NCBI RefSeq assembly: GCF_000143415.4
Contig: NW_003314261.1
Coordinates: 1,372,586 to 1,436,585, forward strand
Source: Selaginella moellendorffii
Taxonomy: Eukaryota; Plantae; Lycopodiophyta
Direction: 5' to 3'
DNA length: 64,000 bases
Each line of letters begins with the position of its first letter. Position 1 is the first letter of the stretch. The notes under the pieces are model-generated. The model was not told where the DNA came from. It was given only the letters and a program-made list of their open reading frames with translations, and ran no database searches. Below, piece after piece: positions 39,022 through 49,151 of the stretch. The translations under genes and the position numbers were made by a program.

Positions 39022-39141
39022 TGTTAGAACTAAGCTGAACATGCACACAACCAGGGCAGCTAGCTCAGTGGTAGAGCACCTGGCACCGGTGTAGGAGGTC
39101 CTGGGTTCAATCCCCGGCCTGTCCAGATCCATTTTCCAACA
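39022..39141 (+). mobile_element. 120-bp solo-LTR-like element carrying a tRNA-derived Pol III unit
   Basis: TGTTAGAA...TTCCAACA imperfect inverted termini; flanks CTAGT/CTAGC (TSD-like); absent from the sister LTR. Confidence 0.6.
39054..39125 (+). tRNA. tRNA-like pseudogene, probably Ala-derived
   Basis: A-box TAGCTCAGTGGTAGAGC, B-box GGTTCAATCCC; cloverleaf with G3-U70 and A73; defective anticodon arm; TTTT at 39132-39135. Confidence 0.7.
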
Positions 39142-39486
39142 CTAGCTGCCTACCGCGCCTCTAGAGAGCTCTGGAGAATATGCTATGCCAGCATATTCGT
39201 ATCAAAGACGTTGTTCCAAATCCTTACACCAGCGATGCTGGTGTGATGAAGAGGGAGACAGCATCCGAGTACTTGCATCAGCGCGGAAGGTAGTTTTCTT
39301 TCTTCCTTGTTTTCGTTTTCCTCTAAGGTGGATCCACTGCACAGAGTGTACCAGGTATCGTGCAGGAAAAACGGGATGAAGATGGTAACGACCGACATCC
39401 TTCGCGGAGAACTCCTTCCGGTGCTTCCTCTGGCGGGAATGGTGTTGCTCGCCATTGAGCTGGGGGTGTGGACGTTCTGGTGGGAG

Positions 39487-39823
39487 AAAATTTGCATCCT
39501 GGATTTAAGGTGCGAGAGATGACTTCACTCGTAGCACAGTCGCGGTACTAACGTCGCACAGAGCTCTGTAGGATCTAACGTTCGTCTTGCGTACCAGGTT
39601 GAAATGCAGGCAAGCTTTCCTCGTCTCACTGGCTGGATTTCATGCTCGCAGTCGGCAAAGAAGACGGTGTCCTTGAAGCCGGGGTCAAAGTGACGTTGCC
39701 ATGCTGAACCACGAGAGCACCTCCCTGGCAACCATGCAGGGAGCTGGAGTATGAGAGTGGCAAACATGCTAGGCTCCTTCTTGATGTCTCGGTATAGCTT
39801 GAAGTGTCCATCTTGTGAAAGAA
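39487..39823 (-). pseudogene. Inserted fragment of a 2OG-Fe(II) oxygenase gene
   Basis: DGHFKLYRDIKKEPSMFATLILQLPA / GCQGGALVVQHG / FFADCEHEIQPVRRG in shifting frames; no TSD. Confidence 0.72.
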
Positions 39824-40160
39824 CACGTAGCCCATCCCAACGTGAGCATCACTCGCGACCTCCGGGAGAGGCTGTTCGAGATCGAGCACCCCGAGTGGTC
39901 AAGCGCAAAGCCGCCGTCTACCTCCAGAGCCCGCTGCGGAAGATGTCACTCGAGTGGCCAACCGCTCGCATCGCTCACATCCAGCAGGAGCCTCCGCCCC
40001 CGATCGGCCATGGCGGCCCCTTGAGCTGAAGAGCTTCTTCTTCTTCTTCGTGGTAGTGTAAGTCTTTCAAGTTTTTCTTTCTGTTCTAAAGCAAAGCTCT
40101 TGTTTTGTGTGCGAAAGTATGTATATAAAAAGACGAGTTTTGGAGATCTGAAGGAGTCGA

Positions 40161-42331
40161 TTACAAGTTTTGTTTCAGAGGAGATCTCGTTGGTTCCAAC
40201 CAGTCCGGTTCTTGAGGTTGGTCATTATCGCTTTCAGTTGGAGATTTGCGGCACTTACGACACAAAAACACGGCGGAAACGAAGATGGCACAAACGGCGA
40301 CCACTCCGCCCGCAGCGATACCAGCGATTACTTTACCCGTTGGCTTCTTTGGGGAACGATGAGGAGGAGGAGGAGGAGGAGCACTGGCTGTAGCGGCACA
40401 AGCTCCACAACATATAAAATCCCTGATGGGCGTGGAAAGGTTGCCTCTTGGACAGATTGGAACCAGGCTACCACGGAAGTCACAGCTGATGGTCGCATTG
40501 GAGAGCTGCAAAATCAAAGTTCTCTCAATCTAAAAAGCAAAATAGAAGTTCCAAAAGTTTGTACGTAACTGTTTGAGCGAGAGGAAGTGGCTTTTGCAGT
40601 GAAGGAACAAAGTGTGATCGTTCAGATATAGCTGTCTCAACTGCAGGCTGGCCAAACTCCGCGACAAGCCCATCAGTAAGAACATCTATCGATGCAACTC
40701 CAATTAGCTGTTGATTTGCATCAAAAGCTGCATGCAATTAAAATAAGCAGAGGAATAAATAATAGTACTATACAAACCTGGAAAGATGGAAGTTGTGACA
40801 TTGCCAAGGCCAGCAGAATCGGCATACAGACTCGCCCAAATCGGTTTCTTGTTGACAGCGACAAAGCGAAGCCATGCAATGTAGTCGAAGTAGCTGTGGA
40901 TCTTGAGCAGCGGGTTTTTGTCGTCACTGATGACCTCGTAGCTCATGTTGAGGCTGCTCTGCATTTGCTGGAAAGTGGCATCGTTGGACGTGAAGGACCC
41001 GATTCTGTAGACGAACACCACAACGTTTCTCGCGTTCAGCTGTGCTAAAACTGGGCTCAGTTGGGTGAAGTTGAAATTGCCAGGGATGACAAGCTGTCCA
41101 TCTGTGAAGAGGGTTATGACCTGGGATTTGCCAAGTTGAAGAAACCAATGTGATTTCTTGTGATTATCACACGAAAAGCATCTTACATTCAAGTTGGAGC
41201 TGGTGTTGAAGAAATCAAGTGCCGCTTGCAGCCCATTCTTTATGTTACTGGCTGAGTTTGTAACACTTGTGTTGCTTATGGAATCTTTGAGGGATGAGAT
41301 TCCAGCCAGATACAAAGAGGTTTCCTGGACGTCAAGAACTACGGAAACCTGGAATTCAGAACCTCATAATCAGAAATTATCCTAGTTTCTGATGAAAACT
41401 TAACTGGAGCTCCGATTTTCTCACCACCGATCGTTGACACAGCCACTTGATCTCCATTAGTGAGAGTGTTTAGCAGCTGGTTAATGATGTTATTTGCAAC
41501 ATTAAAGCGGGTTTGGGAGGATAAAACACCAGTGGGATTGCTCATGGAAGTGGAGGTGTCCAAGAGAATGTAGAGCGATTTTTGGACCGCCAAAGTATTG
41601 AGAAACCATGGCCTGAGCCTTGGATCATAAAGATCACACTGCCCACTGTCGACATAGTCCTGTCAATATAAAGACATAAACTCTCGCTTGCAGGGAAGAA
41701 ATGCTTATTGTACACTTACCCGGCCCGGGTAAACATACAAGTATCCTTCAATCCCTCCAAAGAAAGCCCAGCCAAGGGAAAACTTCTTCGTGTTATTCCA
41801 GGCCTGTTGTAGCTTCTTGTCTAGAGATTTTTGAGCACACAAGACCGTCTGAAAATCTCGATCTTTCTCCGGGTCTTGATCGGGTGGGACTCTAGATGAT
41901 CATAGCAACATCTCAAGTCAAAGCTGTACATTGACAAGCCAGATACCTGAGGTATGTTTTTTGAGTTGAAACGCTTAAGCTCTGGCAAGTTCCATTTGCC
42001 GGAGACGTGCAGTCTCCATTGCGGAATACTTGAACGCAAGAGAGCTTTTGGATCTCATCCTTGGACTGCGGCCAGCAAGGGCGCCTTTTGCAAGTGTCTA
42101 GTGAGCAATCCGATAGACTTCCTGGAGTGACAATACTCTACAAAGTTGTTTGAGCTTGAGGTTCAAGAGCTTACCACAAGTATTGGCTCGATTTAAGATT
42201 GCTTGATTCGCGATTTGCTGGACCTGGAAGTCGGTCTCGTTCAGCACTGTTTCGATGTTATCTTGAGCGTTTGCTAGCAGCAAAGACAAGACTCCTAAAA
42301 AGGCGGATCTAAGCAAGAGGGAGCTCTCCAT
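40161..42331 (-). CDS. alpha2delta/CACHD1-like vWA-Cache type-I membrane protein, copy A2 (apparently intact)
   Basis: Same 8-exon structure and motifs as A1 (YDPRLRPWF, DTSTS, TDG, LYADS, GVASIDV, TM). Confidence 0.85.
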
Positions 42332-42630
42332 TCGCTCAAACCTGCAAAAGTGGTGGCGTTGATTTTATCAAGCCCTCGTTGGTTCCTGGAAGCACGAACC
42401 ACTATCGTGTTGATTTTTATCTGATATTTAGCTATCCTAAACCGTGTGGACTTCTACGTATTGCCAACCACCGCCCAAAGGCTGATGATGACATCTCCTG
42501 ACTACATTTCTACATTTTTTTGGACACCGGGCTAGACTGTTCATTCACTTGTCCATTGTTGCTGATGAGTTTAATCGCAGGCTGGGCCAAGTTTCAGTTG
42601 TAAATGAAGTAAACGAAGCAAGGCTCTCTT

Positions 42631-44727
42631 TCAATCAGTTATGTTATTAGGCGACCTCTGCGGCGATGGGCCTGTCACCCACACTTCTTGTTCAGCCCCG
42701 ATGGGAGTTTCACTCGTGGTAGGCGAGGGGGATTTGCAGCACTTACAGTAGAGAACTACAGCAGCGGCAGCCAGAACAAGAACTGCCGCTCCCACGCAAA
42801 TACCAGCAATGGCACCAACCGCCAATGAAGTCTTCGAAGAATTGGTGCTGGCAACAGCACAATCGCCACAGCACATGAACTCTGTGATCGGTGTCGAAAA
42901 ATCTCTTTGCGGGCAAATGGGAGTCAGCTTCCCAGTAAAACCACATTTGATAATAGTTGCATTCGAGACCTACTGGTAATGTCAGCGATAAGTTGAAAAG
43001 CTGGGGGTTTTGTGGACTTAACTGGTTGAGTGAGAGGGAGAGGCTTCACATTCTCTGAAGAATGGAAGCTCCGTTTAGACACTGCTTCTTGAACAGCAGC
43101 GCTGCCGAGCCTGCTGATAAGTTTCTCGGCAATAAGGTCAATGCATGCAACTCCGATCAAACGCTGATTTGCATCGAACGCTACAGCAGTAATCAGATTA
43201 TCAAGGAACCAAGACAAGAAAAGGAGCGCCGGTTTACCTGGGAATATTGAGCTCGTCACGTTTCCAAGTTCGGCGGCCTCAACGTAAACAGGCACCCACG
43301 TAGGCTTTTTGTTCACGGCAACAAAGCGAAGCCAAGCGATGTAATCAAGTAGCTCCGAATGTTGAGCAGGGGATTTTTCTCTTCTTTCACAGCCTCGTAA
43401 GTCATGTTGAGGTTATCTTGCATCTCCTGGAAAGTGGCATCGTTGGAGGTGAAGAATCCTATCCTGTAGACGAAAACCACAACACCTTTGTCGTTGAGTT
43501 GTGCAAAGAGTGGATTCAAATCTGTGAAGTTGAAATTGCTGGCAAACTGTCCATCCGTGAAGAGAAGTATTACCTTACATTACAAGCACTGTGAGTGACA
43601 GACAAAGAAAGAGGATGATCTTTACGTTTAAGTTAGAGCTGGAATTGAAGAAATCAAGGGCCGCAGCAAGACCTTTCTTGATATCCGTGGGTAAATTGTC
43701 GACTTTGACCTTGGCTATGGCATCCTTGAGGGACGAAATGCCAGAAGCATTGGATGATGTTTCAAGGTTTTCAAGCACGACTGAAACCTGCAAAACCAAA
43801 GCTCTAAGATGAATCATAACTTGGAAAATTATCTTTTAAATTACTGGAGCAGCAATATGTCGATCATTAATCATTGACACTATTCGTGAGAGTGTCCAGG
43901 AGTGCCTTAAGAACGTTTTTGGCACCGGCCAGACGGCTTTGAGATGACAAAGGCTCTCATGGACAACGATGTGTCCAAAACAATGTAGAGTGATTTCTGA
44001 ACTGCCAAGGCATTCAAGTACCACGGCCTGCGTCTCGGATCATACGTGTTACATTTTTCGTTGTCTGCATAGTCCTGTAGATTATCTATGCCTTTCATGA
44101 ATTAAAATCAAATGAAAGACGAAAACCTCGTACCCGGCTTGGATAAACGTATAAATAGCCTTCAATGCCGCCTCCGAAAAGTGCCTTTCCTTCATAGATG
44201 CTGTTGCAGGCCTGTTGTAATTTGTGGTCAAGAGGTTTCTGAGCGCACAAGACCGCAGCAGTATCAGTCTCTGAAGCCAGCTCGGGTGAGACCCTGGACG
44301 TTTTAAGAAATCTCAAAAGAAAATACTAGCAAAAATGTGAGACAACCAACCTGATGTATGATCTCTCGCTAGACACGCTAACGTAGCGACATGTTCCATT
44401 CCCGAAGCTGTGCAAGCTAGATTCTGATGTACCCCAATGCATGAGAGCTTCTGGATCTCATCCCGGGACTGCGGCCTGCAGGGTTGCCTGATGCAAGTCT
44501 CTGGCAAGCAAGTCGATAGACTCCCTGCACAGCAATCATTCTTAGACTTCATGACAGAAGTTTGTATAGACATGATCTAGAATGTGACCCTCACCACAAA
44601 CATTCGATGGCCTGCTTTGCAATCTCTTGCACTTGCAAGTCGGTCACATCCAGCAGCTCCTCAATGTTGGTGTTCTGAGCACGGACTAGTAGCACGAAGT
44701 GTCCTACATAAAAAACTTGGCCTCCAT
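42631..44727 (-). pseudogene. vWA-Cache paralog B2, pseudogene
   Basis: YDPRRRPWY, DTSLS, VYVEAAELG, GVACID. Deletion in the signal-peptide exon, deletion after the MIDAS, 1-nt deletion near 43347. Confidence 0.82.
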
Positions 44728-45219
44728 GTCTAGGACACAGGTAGATTGAACTGGACCTTCCTGGAAACAATCCGCACCCAAGCTGACTTGAGACCCAATG
44801 ATCTTCCAACTCATCGTTTTTGCAGTTCCTCCTAGGCTTTTTTTTTTTTTTTTTTTGCCATGGCTGCGGCTAGACCAATCCCGGCTTGAATGCGGGACAT
44901 TGGATGCTATTTTACAGATTTCTGGACAACAAGCCGGGTTCTGGGAGAACCTAGGAGATTTATTCAGCAACCGGGAATTGCTCGTGGATTGAAAGTAGTA
45001 AATCATAGCGATAGAAGAGCTGTAAAGAGTTCCATGGCTTGCAGGGAGTTGACAATACATCATCAATGAGCGACTGTTTTGGTTTTGTGTTGTCAATCCA
45101 GGTCTAATCGAGTGCTACTACTTTGGAGGAGAAAGGGATTGCTTATAACTACAAATTTGTCTAGAGAACAAGCCGGTGTGGCATGATCTTTCTTATGAAT
45201 GGAAGTTCCTGGTGAAAAT

Positions 45220-46756
45220 TCAGATGTTGATTAAAGCAGCTATTTGAGACGAAGTTCTGTCAGTTAATTCGGTGAATGTTATAGACTGTTTAGACATTTG
45301 CAAGCTCCTGTTCATGTTGTGGAGCTTGGTGAGATTGATGTTGTGAAGCTGGAGCTGGACCTGCGTCAATACTAGAGTCGTTTTGAGGCAGTTCTTGCTG
45401 CTGCACAAGACCAACAGTAAGCATTCATGAATTCTGATGTTCCACACCTGTCTGGCTTGTTCTGCTTCTAACTTCTTCTTAGTAGCTCTTCCATTGGCGT
45501 AATTCACCACCAGAGTCCCAAATATCAGAAGCGCTCCTCCAACGCAAGTAAACACACTGGTAAGACACATACCTGCTGTGTGAATTAAGAGAACTTTGCA
45601 TTGAATTAATTTTGCTTGTACCCGGGTGCTGAGGAGACGTGAATCCCCCAGCCGATGAGAGATCCAATCACAGGTTCCAGCGTGACAGCCATGGAAATAA
45701 TCAAAGGCCCTGTGTACTTGACAACATAGTTCAAACCCGTGTGACCGATTAGACCAGGGCCGATTGCCAAAAAAAGCGTTGGAGCCCAGAAACCTGCAAA
45801 TAACTCATAAGCAACTATATCTTTTGATTGAGTTCTCCAAACCTCGCCTCGTCCATGCAAAAGGTCCACCAATCTTCCACGATCTGGAATGGTAGTTCTC
45901 CATAAACTCACAAGCGATGCCCAGAATGAGAGCTCCTCCAGCCGTTACAGGGAAGGCATAGAGATAGAGCGGCATCCAACCTGGTGAAATGACAAACAAT
46001 ACCCACAGAAAGAATGAAATCCAACACTTGTAAAGATCATCCAAGTTTTGCAAAGAAGAAGAGAAAGATAAGTCTAGAGCTTCACTTCTGAGATTGTTCC
46101 CAGCAAACATGTAGCCTACAAACGCAACAGCCGCCAGGAAAGCCATCAAATCCCCCAGGAAAGTGATGCCTTTGTCACCATCGGACTTGCTAGCAAATGC
46201 GATGATCAAAACCCCAGCAAAACCCAAGAACACCCCGGCGTTCTCTCCTTTGCTCAGGGGCTTACAGCGCAGCCAGGATAGAACAGCGATGATGAGCGGA
46301 GGCATCGAAACAAAGAGGAGGCTATGTGGAAGGGATGTGTGATCCAGTGACCATACCTGGATATCGAATTGTAAGCGTGAACCCCCTTCTCGATCTAAGC
46401 AATACAATTCTATACCCATAGGCCGAAGTGCAAGGCTATTGCAAGAGCACTGATTCCAAGCACGCAAAGAGGTCGCCATGTGAAGAACATACATCGCTTC
46501 TGGGGAGAGAGGCGGCACCAGTCCCAAATGAATCCAGGCAGAAGGATCATTGCCGTGACTTGCAATCTCCATGCTGCATTGGAGATTGGAGCGGCACGCT
46601 TCATCAGTTTGGTCACCTAGATAGAAACATCGCGTGATCAAGAGAAAAGTTTTCAGTGAATTGACTGATTAGAAAACTCACTGCCCCGGCGGATGATACA
46701 GCCACAACCGCACAGACCAGCACCAGCCACACGTACCATGGAGTCCGGGCAGCCAT
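45220..46756 (-). CDS. EamA/DMT-superfamily transporter (two EamA repeats), multi-exon
   Basis: MAARTPWYVWLVLVCAVVAVSSAG; AAWRL; HFGLW/VWSLDHTSL.HSLL; GDLMAFLAA; GHTGLNYVVKY..PL.IS...LEPVIGSLIGW. Confidence 0.85.
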
Positions 46757-47574
46757 GGCTGGTACTTACGCTTTCCTGGCACACCATATATAATTTCAGC
46801 TATCACGAGAAGATTCATTTGGGGCTTCTTCGCGCCTTCCTGGTAGCTCGTATTCTTTCGAGATTACTTTGGAATTCGAATACACAAAGATTTTTCTAGT
46901 TATTCCTAGACATAGATTTTATGATGTGAAGAAATAAGTTTGGTCCAGCTACCTATCCTTGACACAAATACGTGTGATGCTTCCATCCGGCTTACACAGA
47001 AACTACATGTAATATGGAGGTCCTCAAGTTAGAATTTAACTACGCTTGTTGTGTTGACTTTGAATTGGACTGGAGTGAAGACGTGTTGTCAGGCAGAAAA
47101 AATATTTCTGTTCTATTGAAGATTGTCTTTGAAAATGAGAGGTTTTATATTTCTTTTTTAAGTGATTCCAAAAACAAGAGTATCATGTTGAAGAAATAAC
47201 CTGAATCTGAAGTTTCATATATCTTGAATAGAAAGGTTTAACATTTCATTTTCTTACAGAGGTTTTGAAAACAAGAGTACAATGCTGAAGAAATAACTTC
47301 ATATGAAATTTCATAGAAAATGTTATATAAGATTGGGCTAGGTCTTTCATAAATATATCTTGGAGCAAGAGAGAAAGAGAACAAGAAATATAAGTTTGAA
47401 AATATATTTATAGCTTTTAGTGAATTTTAAAGATTTTAATTGTTTTTAAGACAATGATCTAACTTTTCCATTCAAAGATGTAAAAGTTAGCTAATCATAA
47501 TTACATCTCTCTTTAGTGTATATATAAAATCATTTGAAAAATGACATAATCTATAAGAGGTTTTTGAAAGAATT

Positions 47575-48578
47575 TATAAGACATAAATCCAAAAGGGTGC
47601 CATATTATAATGGTTAAAGCAAAAGTCTAATAAGTATAACACATTTGGACCAAAAGTTTCGATTCAGAAAGTTGAGAGTGGGAGTGGAACTCTTAAAGAA
47701 GTGCTCAAAGTACGAAATGAGTATCTAGAAAAGGACATAAAAGGGACTGGCACATAATAAATGTCATAACACATGGGAGTGTTAGGATTGACTCCGAGAA
47801 GAAGTTTAAGATGGAGTTAGAGAACGAATCAGAGAAAGAGTCCAAGGTAAGATTGAGATGAACCTAAGATGGACCTAAGATGGAATCTAAGATGGAGTCC
47901 AAGGTTGAGTCTGAAATGGAGACGAAGATTGGGTAGTAAATTGAGGTTAAAGCCAAAACTGAGACCGAGTCCAAGTCCGAATACTAATACAGGTCAAAGG
48001 GTGAAAGCCCAAAACAATTTTTCCCTTGGGGGGGGGGGGGGAGGAGGGGGGAGGGGGTGTTGGTTCTAAAAAGTGTAGTAGGGAGAGTGTGGGGGTTAGA
48101 CTTCAGTGGAATTAGTTTGGCCAAGAAAGGTTAGTGTCAGCCAATGAGGCTATACCCATATGTTGGGTGATGATATAACTATTGAGGAGTCCAAGGCTAG
48201 AGTGAATATGGACAAACAAGCAAGGTAGTTTAGCGAAGTGTTCAAGAGCTAACTCTAACTCTCTTATAAGATCGAAATAGTTGATGCGCCCAATCCAAAT
48301 ATAGGTGGCACTACTTATTTGGATATCTGACATGACTCATCGAAACCTTGCTCTAGCCACATGGCTAGGGCACCCAAAGGCATAAGGTGGGGAGAATACC
48401 TATGAGGCTTGCTAAAGGCCACAGTGTTTCGAAATATCATCCTAAAATCCCAAACTATGGAAAAGAAGAAGAGTAATCCTTTTGTATAGTGACCAAGCAT
48501 GGTCATGTGGTGAGGAAGTCTTAGAGGTCAATGGGATTTAATAGTCGGGCTTTTTGGCCTTGACTCAGTGGTAGTGTT
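47575..48578. mobile_element. Old degenerate copy of the LTR family seen at 54899-56565 (continues at 54284-54365)
   Basis: Collinear with 54899-56120, with many C>T/G>A changes; split by the 48579-54283 element. Confidence 0.75.
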
Positions 48579-49017
48579 TGTCAAGACCCCCAACAAGATG
48601 AAGATTGGAAAATGCTAAAGACAAAGAGAAAAAGCTAGTGAAAACAAAGAAGAGGCCTTAGACTAGTGTTGATTCAGATTGTGGAGAAATGGAACAAGGC
48701 TAACTTATATATACTATAGGTTAATGAAGCTTCACCACTCTTGGATCGAGGACGGCCTAAATATAGCTGAGGTCGAGGAGGCGCCACATCATCATCAGGA
48801 ATGTGGCTCGAGACTCAGGAATCGGGAAGTGTCTCGAGACTCAGGAATCGGGAAGTGTCTCGAGAGTCAGGAATAGGGAAGTGTCTCGAGACTCAGGAAT
48901 CGGGAAGTGTCTCGAGAGTCAGGAATAGGGAAGTGTCTCGAGACTCAGGAATGTGGTCTGCAGGTCAGGAATCCGGCGAGAGTCAGGAATGTGGCAAGAA
49001 TTGGGGGATTCCTGACA
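48579..49017 (-). repeat. Chromovirus 3' LTR with 26-bp tandem array
   Basis: TGTCA...TGACA termini; ctcgagactcaggaatcgggaagtgt repeated about 5.5 times (48807-48952). Confidence 0.95.
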
Positions 49018-49151
49018 GCACCCCCTCCTCAAGAACGAGTGGAACGAGGATGTGAACGACAACGAAGAGGAGGATGAGATGAGCGGCGAGGGATGGGAGA
49101 GGGAGAAAAAAAATGAGGACTGGGACGAGAAGGATAGCGGTGGTGGAAGTC

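Larger units (their letters stand above)
34670..39204 (-). mobile_element. Ty1/copia LTR retrotransposon, full-length but decayed
   Basis: TSD AAGAC (34665-34669 / 39205-39209); PBS tggtatcggagc (tRNA-iMet type, 38958-38969); PPT next to 34808; gag with CCHC knuckle, WIDSGA protease, integrase (WHRRLGH, VHSDV, RSDGGGEY), RT (LYVDD), RNase H (ADIFTKAL); stops and frameshifts. Confidence 0.96.
38970..39204 (-). repeat. copia 5' LTR with nested 120-bp insertion
   Basis: Matches the 3' LTR apart from small deletions and the insert at 39022-39141. Confidence 0.88.
34505..40029 (+). pseudogene. B12D-like copy 2, disrupted by two insertions
   Basis: Same sequence as 28040-28708, split at RPED by the copia element and at WWE/HVAH by a 337-bp insert; also a 1-nt deletion near 39897. 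Confidence 0.85.
34389..45261. repeat. Tandem segmental duplication, unit 2 (with copia and filler insertions)
   Basis: Collinear with 27876-34343 once 34670-39209 and 39487-39823 are removed. Confidence 0.92.

Noticed and set aside
39054-39125. Functional tRNA-Arg(CCG) gene
   Set aside because: No U33, mismatched anticodon and acceptor stems, Ala-type acceptor identity, and it lies inside a mobile insert.
27876-45261. Duplication as an assembly artefact of two haplotypes
   Set aside because: Not fully excluded, but the units have a distinct junction (34344-34388), independent insertions and many independent lesions, which favours a real tandem duplication. Long reads would settle it.
48807-48952. 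Regular 26-bp repeats resembling a CRISPR array (also 54073-54218)
   Set aside because: Head-to-tail units without unique spacers, inside both LTRs of a retrotransposon; no cas genes; eukaryotic DNA.
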